Below, piece after piece: positions 24,543 through 37,449 of a stretch of DNA of 64,000 bases; within the stretch, counting starts at the first letter, position 1, and the number at the start of each line of letters is the position of its first letter. Below the pieces are notes generated by a model that saw only the letters and a program-made list of their open reading frames with translations, was not told where the DNA came from and did not search any database. The stretch lies in contig OX638153.1 in assembly GCA_951804945.1 (NCBI GenBank), forward strand, positions 84,754,001-84,818,000, written 5' to 3'. The stretch comes from Podarcis cretensis. Lineage: Eukaryota. The position numbers and the translations under genes were made by a program.

Positions 24543-25348
24543 TAGGCATGGGGGAGACATTTGATTCAATTCACACTTGTTTGCAAAACTACCTACTTCG
24601 TAAGAACTAAAACACGTGCTTTGAAATTTTCACTTCATATTTTGCAATGCTATTTTCCAGCTAAGCAATGTGTACCAAAGGGGGGGGGAAGAAAAAAAAT
24701 AGAAAGATTATAATAGAGCGAAGGGAGCATAAAAAGCTAAAGGTACCCCTGACTGTTAGGTCCAGTAGTGGACGACTCTGGGGTTGCGACGCTCATCTCG
24801 CTCTATAGGCCGAGGGAGCCGGCGTTTGTCCACAGACAGCTTCCGGGTCATGTGGCCAGCATGACTAAGCTGTTTCTGGCAAAACCAGAGCAGCACACGG
24901 AAACACTGTTTACCTTCTCGCCGGAACAGTACCTATTTAACTACATGCACTTTGATGTGCTTTCGAACTGCTAGGTGAGCAGGAGCTGGGACTGAGCAAT
25001 GGGAGCTCACCCTGTTGTGGGGATTCGAACCGCCAACCTTCAGATCGGCAAGCCCTAGGCTCTGTGGCTTATAGTAGAGCAAAGGGAGCATAACTATGCA
25101 TATATTAAACTGATATGCATTACATTTGGGGAAATTGCTTTGCAAAAAAAAGTGTATATCAGGCAAAATTGCATACAAAATGTGTATATGAGGAGAAATT
25201 TGCACTAAAATGCTTGTGATTTTCATGAGGACTCCCCCCCCCTTCAAAAAAAATTCACAAATTGCTGTGGTAACATGGAAGACTAAACTTAAGATTGGAA
25301 AAATACAAAACTGAGAGAAATTGAAATTGACAGATTTATCCATCTTTA
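24543..25348 (+). mobile_element. Non-autonomous hAT-like element (TAGG...CATC family) containing a SINE
   Basis: Body shared with 37450-37794 and 63927-64000 (ggggaaattgct...cttaagattggaaaa...gatttatccatc). Confidence 0.55.
24733..25072 (-). mobile_element. Sauria SINE
   Basis: Reverse-complement Sauria body with about 19-bp TSD tagagc(g/a)aagggagcataa. Confidence 0.9.
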
Positions 25349-26522
25349 CTCATCACGAGTAACATTGACTGCCTTTTCCTCCATGAATTTGTCTGTTCTC
25401 TTTTTAAACTCTTCTAAATTTGTGGCCATCACCACATATTGTGGTTGCAAGTTCCATAGTGTGACTTTGTGAGAAAAATAACTTTCTACAGCACAACACA
25501 CATAGTTATAAACATGGTGTTATTATCTGTGTTCTTGTGTAAAGGATTTGTGGCCTTCATTGTACTGGATCTCTCCAGGCCAAATGACAGCTTCATTCTA
25601 TTGCCAGATACAAAAGAGTAATTGATTCTATGAACAGCGCTAGAGTATTGTTTTGATGGAGCAATTTGTCTTTTCCATGATGGCTTTTTTGGTCCATTTG
25701 TTAATAATATTACTCCAACTCTTAAGTGGACATCCTAAAGAATTTATTTACTCTTTTTTTCTCCTTTGAACTCTGAGCATCCCAAATTGCAGCCTACATG
25801 TCAAAATGAAATATCTTCTTCATTAGTCTCAAAGCAGGCAACCACATTTTGAAATAATACAAAAGCATTTCAAATAACGCATAATGAAAAATAAGGATTC
25901 CCCTTACAGCATTTCCTGCTATTAAGATGAACCAGTTCTAAAAATGCCATAATGAGAAAGAAGCTTTATTTTTCCTGGGAAATACTCAGGCTCTGATGAT
26001 GTCACAACACTGCAGAAGGGTTTTTTTTTTAAAACCCACAACAACACATATTTAATGTAATTCACAAAAAATGTACATATTCCTTTCAGTTGTAAGAATG
26101 GCAAGATTTTTTCCCCTAAACACAAGCAACAAACCATATTATTAGGATTATAAAGTAATCTAGGATGCTTGACAAATTTGTGGATATCAGGTAAGACTGG
26201 TCTGATCCACACCTCCTGAAATGTGTGAAGCAGAACAAAATTATCCATCAGCTTTCATGATACTAACTCGGTTTTTGACTCAAAAAATATAGAGGAATAG
26301 GTTTGTGCTAGTTTGGGCCAATGGCCTATCTAGTCCAACGTCCTGTTCTCACAATGGCCAGTCAAGTGCCTTTGAGAAGCTTGCAAGCAGAACCTGAGTG
26401 CAACATCACTCTTAACACTTCTGGTTCTCAGTAATTGGTATTCAAAGGCATGTTGTCCCTGATAATGGAAGAGAATATAGTCATCATGGGAAGTAGCCAC
26501 TATCCTCCATGAATTTGTCTAA

Positions 26523-27290
26523 AATAGTAATAATAGTAACAGTAACAGTAACAGTAACAGTAACAGTAACAATAACAATAACAATAACAATAACAATAAC
26601 AATAACAATAATAAATTTTATTTATATCCTGCCCTCCCCAGCTGAAGTCGGGCTCAGGGCGGCTAACAACAATAAAATAATACAACATTCTAAAATCATT
26701 TCATTATAAAATTACAGTGGTGCCTCGCAAGACGAAATTAATCCGTTCCGTGAGGCTCTTCGTATAGCGGTTTTTTCGTCTTGCGAAGCAAGCCATTGAC
26801 AGCTTAGCGGATTAGCGCTATTAGCGGTTTAGCGGCTTTTAGCGGATCAGCTGATAAGCGGCTTATCAGAGGATCAGCTGATAAGCGGCTTAGGGCTTAG
26901 GAAAAGGGGGGGGGGGAGGGGAAAAACCCTGCAGGAACTCGCAAGACATTTTCATCTTGTGAAGCAAGCCCATAGGGAAATTCGTTTTGCAAAGCGCCTC
27001 CAAAACAGAAAACCCTTTCGTCTAGCGGGTTTTCCGTCTTGCGAGGCGTTCGTCTTGCGGGGCACCACTGTAATTCAAATCAAATTGATGGCAACCATTG
27101 GGCTAGAGTTCTGTGAAGATTGCAAAAGGAGGGAGTCAGGCTGTGCCCTGACCAAAGGCCTGGTGGAATAGCTCTGTCTTGCAGGCCCTGTGGAAAGATG
27201 TCAAGTCCCTCAGGGCCCTAGTCTCTTGTGACAGAGCGTTCCACCAGATTGGAGCCACAGACGAAAAAGCCCTGGCTCTAGTTGAGGCTC
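26523..27290 (-). mobile_element. L2 LINE 3' end with compound microsatellite tail, interrupted by a MITE
   Basis: Encodes RAFSSVAPIWWNALSQETRALRDLTSFHRACKTELFHQAF (L2 ORF2 C-terminus); tail (GTAACA)n(ATAACA)n at 26523-26612. Confidence 0.85.
26715..27070 (+). mobile_element. Young Tc1/mariner MITE (same family as 22005-22323)
   Basis: TA|CAGTGGTGCCTCGCAAGACG...GGCACCACTG|TA. Confidence 0.9.
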
Positions 27291-28260
27291 TAGTTAATAT
27301 CCTTTTAAAGCCATCTATGATGTTCTCATTGTAATGTCTCATGAGTAGCCATAATGACATTTTGTGAGAGCAAATTCCACCATTTAACTATGTGCTGTGT
27401 GACGTACGTTCTTTTGTCTGTATCAACATACTTACAAAAATCATATCTGAATAGAAAAAAAAATGTTTAGAAATGTATTTGAAGGATGTTTCCTATTTAC
27501 ATATTTTAATGTAAATAGACATGTAAATGAATAAATCCTAGATCAATGCAGAAACAGGATGGGGTGTGTTTAAAGAAACCTGCATGTAAAGGAATTTGGG
27601 GAAGAAATAGATTGATTCACTCATCCCTAATTTAAAACATTAAGAAGTCCAACAACAATATAGGTCATGTAACTTAATATTACAATTCACATCCAAGTGA
27701 TTTAGAATTAGTCCAATAACAGATATTCATAACGGGAACAGCTGTTGAGAAGTTGATTCCTACACTATTAACTTAGCTTTCCCAAATCTTGTACCCTGTG
27801 GATGTTAATGGACCCCATCTCCCATCATCTCTGGTGGACTTTGGGCTCTCAGATTTGTCCAATGCTAAAACTTGGTGCCCCCACCTCTTGCATTTCAATC
27901 TACAGCATTGTTTTGGTGCCCACACTGTGCCACCCTAAAACCACCTTTGCCATTGGCTATGCTGGCTGGAACTGAAAGGAGCTGGAGTCCAGCAGTTTGG
28001 AGAAATCTGCTCTAACTCTAGAGCACAAAAATCTCTATTTAAATGAAGACTGCAGTGAGACGTCACTCAAATGTGAGAAGTGTAGCTAGCATGGTGCCCT
28101 TCAGATGCTGTAACACTCCAAGCCCCATCAGCCCCAACAAGCTTTTAAACTGAATTCTGATTTTTTAAAGTGTGGGGTTTTTTTTTAAATAGTTCTATTG
28201 CATTGGGTCTTCTGCCAATGACAGTAGAGATGACTGTAAATTAAACAGTATATGCATTGT

Positions 28261-28958
28261 TGTCAGGGAACTGCCATTGGCTCAGAGTCAAGAGATAGAA
28301 GGGCAGTTGTGTTACAGGGAGCCTCCAAAAATCTTGTGAAGCAATTCCTCTTCCGGTGAGGAGGAAAGCCCCACCTCCAGTGGAGAAGAGGTGCAAGGAC
28401 CAGAGGATGCTAGGGAGAGCCTTAACACCGCTCCTGGGCAAGCCAGACAGGAGAGAAACACGCTCTTGTCATCGCCCATCCTGTGCAGTAGTTTGAGGTG
28501 CAGGGAGAGGTGGAAAAGGCTGGGGGTGACAAGACTTCTATGTTGGGGGAGGTACAAAAACAGACCACTCCCGGATTCTGCTAGCGATTGAGCCAGACAT
28601 GAACTTAGGACGCTCTTCACTGTAAATACTTTACACCAAAATAAAGAAGAAGAAGAAGAAGAGTTTGGATTTGATATCCCGCCTTTCACTCCCCTTCAGG
28701 AGTCTCAAAACGGCTAACATTCTCCTTTCCCTTCCTCCCCCACAACAAACACTCTGTGAGGTGAGTGGGGCTGAGAGACTTCAGAGAAGTGTGACTGGCC
28801 CAAGGTCACCCAGCAGCTGCATGTGGAGGAGCGGAGATGCGAACCCGGTTACCCAGATTACGAGACTACCGCTCTTAACCACTACACCACACTGGCCTAT
28901 AAAGGACAGGTCAGAGTCTTGCCTTGTTACTCTTGAGCAACCGCAACAGCGCCTGACA
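28261..28958 (+). mobile_element. Solo LTR (Gypsy-like)
   Basis: TGTCAGG...CCTGACA termini, perfect 5-bp TSD attgt (28256-28260 / 28959-28963), AATAAA near 28640. Confidence 0.85.
28647..28896 (-). mobile_element. CORE/MIR-related SINE (Squam3-like) with (CTT)n tail
   Basis: Reverse complement reads gccagtgtggtgtagtggttaagagcgg...gggtgaccttgggccagtcac (CORE-like); flanking ataaag repeat. Confidence 0.8.
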
Positions 28959-29726
28959 ATTGTTGAAACAAATGCAGAATAAATTATAAAATCAGAACTT
29001 TGCGGCAGGGGCTGGGGAGGTGGCTGACAATTACAGAACCATGAAACATGCCACTACCTTCCAAGGTTGTTGATCCAACCTTGACAGCCTATCATCTCAA
29101 CTGGCTGCCTACTCAAATGCTAGACTCTACAAGGAAGTAGAAGCTGTGTTTGCAAGGGAAACACAGAACTCCTGAAAGAATGGGAACCTCCTGAAAAATC
29201 CAGGTAACCAGAATAATTTTGCTTTCAGAAAAACACACAACAACAATGAACACACCATTTCTTTTACTTTGGAAGTGGCAGCATGGAACAAAAAGAGAAC
29301 TGTCTTCCTTGTGTAAAGAGGGACAACAACCCTGTCATTTACATCTTCTTGACTTGAAGCCAAGTCTTGCCTGCAAATTGACTGTAGGGCTAAGAAATCC
29401 CATTTTGCACCACCACTGCTGTATCTGAAGGCAGATGAGGGGCGGTGGTGGTGAGAATTGTTTTTCTTTTGCTCATTTTAAAGTAGCAAACTCTTCCCCC
29501 CTGTTTGAATGGCTGTCTTGCAAATAGGCTGCAGTTATCTGCGCTGAAAGTCTAGCATTAACTAGCAGGGCATTGCAAATGTCAGACACTCGCTCCTTTT
29601 GCATCCCAGGAAGACAGATAAACACTGTTATTTGAGTTGCCGCTGAATTGGGCCTAAAGCAACATTTTGAGTCAAATGTGGAGGTTCCTGCTTAGGAGAA
29701 ACCTCCAAAGAATTTTTTCTCTCTGT

Positions 29727-29757
<31 letters not shown>
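29727..29757. repeat. (GT)n(GA)n microsatellite
   Basis: Read directly from sequence. Confidence 0.9.
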
Positions 29758-30498
29758 ATTCAGCAGCTACTGAGTTCTGCCTAAAGTGAAAATTCAACAT
29801 AAATGTGGATGCTTCTGCTTGGTTGTAATATTGAGGAATTTTGTGCCAAGCAAAAAGAGTATCAATTTGACCAGCAATAAATATATTTTCTTTCCAAGAG
29901 GGTGTTGCAGATCCCTACTAAAACATTAGAGACATATTACAAATAGGCTTATTCAGTTAGGTCATCTGGGGAAGTCCAATACTGGCCCCCATGGAGCAGA
30001 ACCACAGCTCATATCAATAAGAAGTTGTGCCTTCATTGTTGTGGGTCCAATTCTGCTGAGTTTCCTCCCAATAGAAGTCAGACAGGCACCGTTCCCGATA
30101 GGTTTCAGATACCTAATTAAAAATGCTCTATTTCAGAAGGCTTTTTCATCATGGATGTTTCTCTGTTTTAAAATTTTGCGATTTTATTTTTTAAAAGATT
30201 TGCAATTTCTGAGGTTTTCAATTTTGTATATTATGCTTAATTTTTTTACTGCAAACCACTTTGAGACCTAGATAGTTAAAAGTGGGATTGTTTATTTAAA
30301 TTGTAACAATTAATCAATGCATAGTTGTAGCCTTTCTTTTTTTTTCTAAAATGGTAACCTCCACAATTAGGAAGAGGAATACGAAAGGTGTCCTTCATGA
30401 TGCCACCACCAGAATAGATATACAGTAACAAATTTGGCAATTAAAGCTTAGATTATTGGGGGCATCTTATGTTACGTTTTATAGGCATGGCTTCACCC

Positions 30499-30505
<7 letters not shown>

Positions 30506-30544
<39 letters not shown>
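30506..30544. repeat. (AT)n microsatellite
   Basis: Read directly from sequence. Confidence 0.95.
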
Positions 30545-30547
<3 letters not shown>

Positions 30548-31104
30548 AATATAATGTGAGAATAGCAATATCAACAGCTAAGTTTGAGAAAACACATGGG
30601 GGATTTCTTATCCAATGTTTTCTTTCTCACGTCATGCTTTATGGACACTTCCTGAACGCTTGCAAGAATGCAAGGTCATATAACCCAGTTATTATATCTG
30701 CCTTTGGGAAGAGTGGAGTTAATTTCTCTGTGTGAGAGAGCCAAAGAGGGTGGCAGTGCCAGGGGTCACAGGGCTGTAAATAGAATACTTTTTTTGCAAC
30801 TCAAAACTGTGGCGTTCATTTGCAACAGCTGTTACTGTGATGAAATAAGGTTCCGTTCTCTTGTAAGGTAAAGCAACAAATGATCAAGAACACTGAAACC
30901 ATATCCTGTCTTGTTATAAACACATCTGATACTGCCAGCTTCTGGAAATAATAGGAGACATCTTGCCTTGAGAGGCAATGAACACTTCCTTGCATCCTTT
31001 GTGAATGTGCATAACCAATCATATTGTTATTAAATGCTGCTCCAACTACCAGTATTCTCTACTACTTCTGCCACAACCTGTATCCTCCTTCTCCTGCTCC
31101 ACTA

Positions 31105-31435
31105 CTAAATGACCCTGAACAATTCAGTATGATCAGTACACCTGGCCACTTCATTGTTCACCTCTAACTCTAGATCCTTTATGAATAAGTTAAAAATCAT
31201 GGATCCCAATACCAATCCTTGGAGGACTCCACTTTCATGCACTGGGATCTGCCTTTTATATTCTGCTATGAAGACAGATACAAATAATTCATTCAACTTC
31301 TCTGTAATCTCCTTATCCTCTTTTGGCACACCTTTGGATCCCTTGTCATCTGAGGGCCTAATCACCTCCCTAGATGGTCTCTTGTTGCTAATGCATTTAA
31401 ATAACTTCTTGTTGTTGCTCTTAATGTTCTTAAGG
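31105..31435 (-). mobile_element. Old, internally deleted CR1 ORF2 fragment
   Basis: DKEITEKLNELFVSVF is joined to SGVLQGLVLGSMIFNLFIKDLE (degenerate RT SGVPQGSVLGP motif). Confidence 0.75.
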
Positions 31436-31745
31436 ATGTGCTCCTCAAGTTCTTTTTAGCATCATCTTTTTTCATTACATACTGTCTACTGGCACTTTAT
31501 TTTTTGCTAGAGTTTTTGTTCCACCATCACTGCACTGCCACCATATTAATAGTGGGAAAGGAGAAGGAATAATAGGATTCAGAGATTAGCCCCCCCCCCC
31601 ACTTCTGCAAGCGAGCACCGAAATAATACTCTACAGCATGGAGTTATTCTGAATTTTTGTAGGACGAATAACTTGGAAAGAGACTAAGCTGTAAACATAA
31701 ACATATTTTTCCCCAAACACCCACACCTCCACACCCACAACTTAC

Positions 31746-33253
31746 CCAGTTTTTGCAAAACTTGCCCAGTACTTCAGAATAGACCTACTCAGAGTTTCCT
31801 CCGCTTTGGTGTAATTAGCTCTTCTCTCTAGAGGTAGTCCAAATACAAATTCTATTTCATAGCCATGTGGTACTCCCATCCACTCTGGCCAAGGTAGTTT
31901 TGAAGATCGGTGCTCAAAGAAGTATAAGAAAGCATTGTTCTGTGCCTCGACAAAATGTTTTACAAACTCCACGGTAGGACATATGAAATTGTAATCTCCA
32001 ACGATATCATCCATAGCATCACGGTAATTGAAAGGGATCTGCTCTTCCTCCCAGTCCGTATAGTGAAAAGCAATAGATTCCAGTCCCACTTCACTTGTTT
32101 CTGGGAAGGATAGTGCCAAGCCTGCCCGGAATTCTGCTTCATTGATAAGGCTGTTGTTATCTTTGCTGAAGCCAGGTGCTCCGTACACAAGGAAAGCCGT
32201 ACCTTCATCTTTGTTCACCCCCAACAAGATCTGTGTTTGTTTAAAATTCCCATTCTTCAACAAGGTTCCAGGAAGATCAGCAAGAAAATGGCCATCAACT
32301 ACTGGAGTGAAGTACAGCTCTAAAAGAGCCCTGTATGGTAAAACAGACACTTCATTGGCAAGTATATCCTGGGGATCTTTGCTCTGAAGACAAATAATGA
32401 TCTCTGTTTCGTTGCTACTCGTACAGTGGAGGAGTTTAGCTAGAGCTAGAGTTCTCCGTGTTGCTTCAGAGGGTAGAAGTGCACCCCAAGGGGCATTTCC
32501 AGCACCACTTTGCAGGATTGCCCTAGTGAAGAGAGGATGGCTTTGTGGAGAAAGGAGATGGTAGCTGACACCTCCTGCTCCAGCACTCTCTCCAAACAAT
32601 GTCACACTTTTAGGGTTGCCACCAAAAGCTGCTATGTTGTCTTGGACCCACTGAAGTGCCAGTCGTTGATCAAACAACCCTGCATTTCCTGGAGCATCTT
32701 CGTTCCCTGGCAAAGCCAAGAATCCCAATGCTCCTAACCTATAATTCATTGAAACAACAATGACTCTCTCAACACGGGCTAGAAATCTGCCATCATAGAC
32801 ATTCAATGAGGAGGTCCCAGTCTGGAAGCCTCCACCATAGATCCATACCATGACAGTTGCATTTTTAGGCTTGGGTGAAGGAACCCACACATTGAGGTAG
32901 AGGCAATCTTCACTGAGGTTTGTGTTGGGGTTCCACATCTCGGATCCTGAAAACCCAGGGAAAGTATTGTCTATGTTCTGATAGCAAGAGTTTGCATACT
33001 TGGTGGCATTCCAGACCCCTCCCCATTCTTCCCGAGGCTGCGGCTTTTTGAAGCGAAGTCGCCCAACAGGTGGAGCTCCATAAGGAATCCCAAGGAAGGC
33101 TGAAACTGTTCCACCAAGCACAGGCAAAGTCAACCCTTTGACTCTTCCACTCTTAGTAGCAACGACGGTGTCATCTTGAGGGACCACCTTCTTGACAAAC
33201 ATGTACAGCACAAGAAGCCACATGAGAGTGCATGCTCCATTAGGGTATATCAT
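31746..33253 (-). CDS. BCHE: Butyrylcholinesterase, coding part of exon 2 (25-aa signal peptide plus mature residues 1-478; partial CDS)
   Basis: The 503-aa ORF is colinear with vertebrate BChE: [10 protein letters not shown] oxyanion hole, FGESAG (Ser198 codon 32587-32585), NKDEGTAF (Glu325, 32206-32204), HGYEIE (His438, 31867-31865), W82 and D70. BChE-type residues Q119, L286, A328 and F398 are present rather than the AChE aromatic set. Acceptor tttcag|GAAACATG gives exon start 33258. Donor ACTGG|GTAAG after 31746 splits Gly478, as in the known BCHE exon 2/3 junction. Confidence 0.97.
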
Positions 33254-35671
33254 GTTTCCTGAAATGAAATGGGGTGGGTGGGTATGTTTTCAGTGCAGCA
33301 ATGCAAGAGGTGACTGCATTCAGAAAAAAAGAAATGTGCTATAGCCTTAAAGCATTAAAAAATCACAAAATAGTAGGCATACCCTGGGGAGACCAAGAAA
33401 TGAGCCTTACACAGTAGCTAACTTGAGTACCTAAGACCAAGCTCTCCTAGTGCTTTGAATTACAAATTTAGCCAAACAGGAGTGGAGAAAAATGAAAAGC
33501 ATTGTCCTCATCATAAGACCACAGGAAGTTGTTGTACACAGCAGAGTCAGGATGTTGGTCTGTCTAGCACAATCCTACCTAGAGATGGTGGTGGTGATTG
33601 AATTTGGGACCCTGTGCATGCAAGGTAGATGTTCTACTACAGCTATCCTCATCCTCCCTGAATGACCACATATCAGGGGTTCTGTCATAGTGGGTTTCCT
33701 GCATTGGTAGGGCATGTAACACTTGATATCCCTTCCAGCTTAATGAACCAACTATTTTCACTTATAGTCTGCTTCTCCCATTTCTAGTCAAATTCACCAG
33801 GAGTGCTTTCCCCAAGGGTGGCTAGTGCCCATTGAGACTGGTAAGGCAGACCAACACTAGTTGAAGCTTCAGACAGACAGGCAGAGCAAACTAATTCTAG
33901 TTTTGCCCACCCTGATGAGGTCTACAAGGACAATACAGAGACTATGGAAGAGGAAGGTTACATGGTCATCACTGCCTCCTGTGGGAATGAGTTCCATAGT
34001 TTAGCTGTGTGCTGTATGAGGAAGTACTTTCTTGTTTCTCCCCAACTTGATTCAGACAAAAGAATGCAGAGGGACCTACTGACTGAACCATTTTGTTACT
34101 TCACAGGATCTAAAAGAATTAGGTTGACACCATTTTGAGGCATTTCATGGAGAGCAAAATATCCTATCTTATGCCAAGTCATATTTTTACACCAAACTCT
34201 TTCCTGGAAACTTTGTGTGTGTTTATTCATCACGCCACTAACGACTGCGCTTTCTTTCATATCGAGTTTTCTTTCAGGAGTTATGTTTGAGATTCAGGCC
34301 TTGATATTGACCTTAGTAAAAAAAAAAAAAAAAACCTCCAAAATGATATTGCAGTAACTTGGGCGTTGTGAGTAATTTCTCCTTGAGGAGGGTGAAAAGA
34401 TATGGGGGAAAGGAAAGAATTCTGTGTCCTTATTACTGTCATTGTAAACAGTCTGTTCTAGGTTATTGAGTAGTACTTCTATCCTTAAAAGGAGCAGAGT
34501 TAATTTCTGTGCAAAATACAGCTGTGTGGCTCATTGAGGGCCATTTTGCTGGCTGTCTGCTTATAGTTGAAAGCTGAGAGTGGAAAATAGGAACATTTTT
34601 GCTTGAAGTGCTTCCTAAGTATGCGAGAGCATCAAAGGAACAGAAGGAGAGGGGGATTATCAGAGACAATATTTCACAGATTCAGTCGAATGTGAGAGCA
34701 AATAAAAAGCCGAATACTGAAGGAAAGGATTTAAAGTAATAGTAGACTTTATGTAAAGCCTCTTGGGGTGGTTCATAAAGAACTGTAGAGCATGATAAAG
34801 GAGCATTAATCTATCCTTAAACTTTGCTCACCTAAGATCTTACAGGAAACTGCACACCTGTGAACTTTGTGCTTGCCAGGTGTTTGGCGATGACACTGGG
34901 CTTGCATGCAGAATGCTTGCACAAGGTTTTACATGGAGATCCACAGCCCTGTGTGCATGATATTTTCATGAATATATGCATCAGTTGGCTGGGAAAGATG
35001 TTCATTCACTTCTTTGTTCCTCTAGGTGGGTCATGCTATTCCCTTTGCCTTCAGTGTTACTGAGAGTGTCCTGCTATGCCCATTGACTTCAACATGCCAT
35101 CACCACATTCCACCAAAAAAAGGCCCACAGAGCAGTTTACATATCAATGAAAATATGACCGTCTCTATTCTCAGGCTTACATTTGAAGATACCTGACACA
35201 AAAGGGAAATGGATTGGGGCAGAGAAGGAGATAAGAAAACTCAAGTGCCAGTTGTCATTTACAAGTCCTTCTAATGACACGAAACATGATTTAGAACACA
35301 TCCACGTGGTGATTTAGATAGATGGTGTGTTCACAGAAGTGACCAAAATCAAGATCTTCTTGGAGATGTTACGTTCAGTAATATGTTTGATTGTTGAATA
35401 TGTAAGTGTATGTCTAGAGATGATGGATAAAACAAACACCATTGGCTGCACTGCTGGCTAAGTGTTTAATGGTTATTGTATTCACGGTTGTTTTAAAACC
35501 AATAAAAATTATTTTTAAAAGACAAAAGTAGTGACATAGAAGTCAATGGGTACAGTATCACATACACACAGGAGCACAGAAGTCAATGGGCATGGCATGA
35601 TATACCCACAGGAACGTTTTGATCAGAGCACGGGTGGCCAGGCATGTGCTTGGTTAAAGGCACTTATTTTA

Positions 35672-35672
<1 letters not shown>

Positions 35673-35711
<39 letters not shown>

Positions 35712-35730
35712 ATAGATAAATAAATAAATA
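35673..35730. repeat. (TAAA)n microsatellite
   Basis: Read directly from sequence. Confidence 0.95.
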
Positions 35731-35893
35731 CACTGTCCCTTTCTACAACAGATTGGAGCTCATTCCCAAGTAAATGTGTTTAGCATCAAGGCAGAAAACA
35801 CAAATACTTTCCATTCCTAAGTGGGGGAAATAATGGTGAAATATATTATTTTGTTGTACTGCAAATGACTCAGAGGAGGAAGCAGGGGTAGGA

Positions 35894-35894
<1 letters not shown>

Positions 35895-35930
<36 letters not shown>
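35895..35930. repeat. (CA)n microsatellite
   Basis: Read directly from sequence. Confidence 0.95.
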
Positions 35931-35933
<3 letters not shown>

Positions 35934-36299
35934 GTAAAGTGGCTATGTTGGTGAAATTCTGTTTCTTGCCTTTCTGTTTACAAATGGGTACTTTTAAGAA
36001 ATTACAATGTGCATATGAGGGAGAGAAGTAGGTGGCTCTCAGCCTTTTCAACATAGTTGGCAAAAGACTGAGTGACTGATGGGGCTTTTTATGACTTGAG
36101 AAGAAAGCAAGCTGATTCCTAAGCGTATCAGATTTCAGCTTGCCTGCCTACACCCGACCAGCTTCTTCAGTGAGGCTGCAGTCCTAACCCTACTTGTTTG
36201 GGAGTAAGCTCCATGGAATTCAACAGGACTTCCTTTACTTCCAGAATGTTGAATTAACGTGGAAGAATCATCAAAAATCTATAAAGAATCTTGCCTGCC

Positions 36300-36364
<65 letters not shown>

Positions 36365-36365
36365 T
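36300..36365. repeat. (CT)n(GT)n compound microsatellite
   Basis: Read directly from sequence. Confidence 0.95.
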
Positions 36366-36833
36366 ATGCGTAGAGAGAGAGCCTGGGTTTCAGTTTAGGA
36401 GGGGGAGATAGGTGTAAAATGAACAAGATTACCCGGTTTAAAGGTTGGGCTTTGGTTTCAAACTGCAGAAGGTACAACAGGCAATTTGATTCAAGAATTG
36501 ATTTGCAAGTTAATTATCAACAGTACAAATACAAGTGAGCACTGTGGAGACTGTCTTCTGAGGAAGATAAGCAGATAAAAAAGTGAAGAATCAGAAAAGG
36601 AGGAAAAGAGATTGTGAGAGGTGGGTATGGAGAACTTTGCACTGTATCCAATGCACATTTACTCAAAAGTCAAACCTATCCAGTTCAATCCTATTTATTT
36701 CCTAGCAAAACATGCCTATGATTTGCAGGCTGTTTCACCTTGACTTCTTCCAGTCTTCCTGTGGCAAATAATATATAGCTGATTAAAAAAAGAAAGCAAC
36801 AATATATCAGGGCAACTCACCCCTTCACACATA

Positions 36834-37075
36834 CAGTGGTACCTCGGGTTACATATGCTTCAGGTTACATACGCTTCAGGTTACACACTCCGCTAGCCCA
36901 GAAATAGTGCTTCAGGTTAAGAACTTTGCTTCAGGATAAGAACAGAAATCAGGTTCCGGCGGCACAGCGGCAGCAGGAGGCCCCATTAGCTAAAGTGGTG
37001 CTTCAGGTTAAGAACAGTTTCAGGTTAAGTACGCACCTCCAGAACAAATTAAGTACTTAACCCAAGGTACCACTG
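36834..37075 (+). mobile_element. Tc1/mariner MITE (CAGTGGTACC family) in BCHE intron 1
   Basis: TA|CAGTGGTACCTCGGGTTA...TAACCCAAGGTACCACTG|TA. Confidence 0.9.
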
Positions 37076-37449
37076 TACTTCTTTTCACAAAGTGGACATG
37101 ATCCTGTTAAAACTAAGTAAAGCAGTGTTTTGTGATTGCACACATTGCACACACCTCAATACACATTTCAATGTCCCTGTGGGAATGCAAATGGATGGTG
37201 ATAATGGGCAATTAACAGCCTAACAGTTACGCAACTTCCAAATAGTTCTCTGAAGAATCGAAGGCAATGATTTCTGCAAATGGTGAGAACTGATCAAGCA
37301 GACAAGTTTTTATTAACAATTTTGCCATCAAATTGAATAGGCCACAGCAAATTGTAATTCTTTTTCCTTTTCCTTTTTGCATTAGTCAGTGATTGCAAAT
37401 CCCATGCCAACAAGGAAAAACCATTGAAGTCAATGGGTTTCCTCTCAAG

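Noticed and set aside
31742-31745. Stop codon ending the 503-aa ORF, suggesting a complete single-exon or truncated cholinesterase
   Set aside because: The TAA is part of the GTAAG splice donor at the conserved exon 2 boundary. A read-through product would lack Cys519 and the tetramerisation helix, and nothing here supports it.
35062-35612. Short inverted match (gcccattgacttc / gaagtcaatggg) and a two-copy 40-bp tandem
   Set aside because: Probably a decayed DNA-transposon remnant; no definable termini or TSD.
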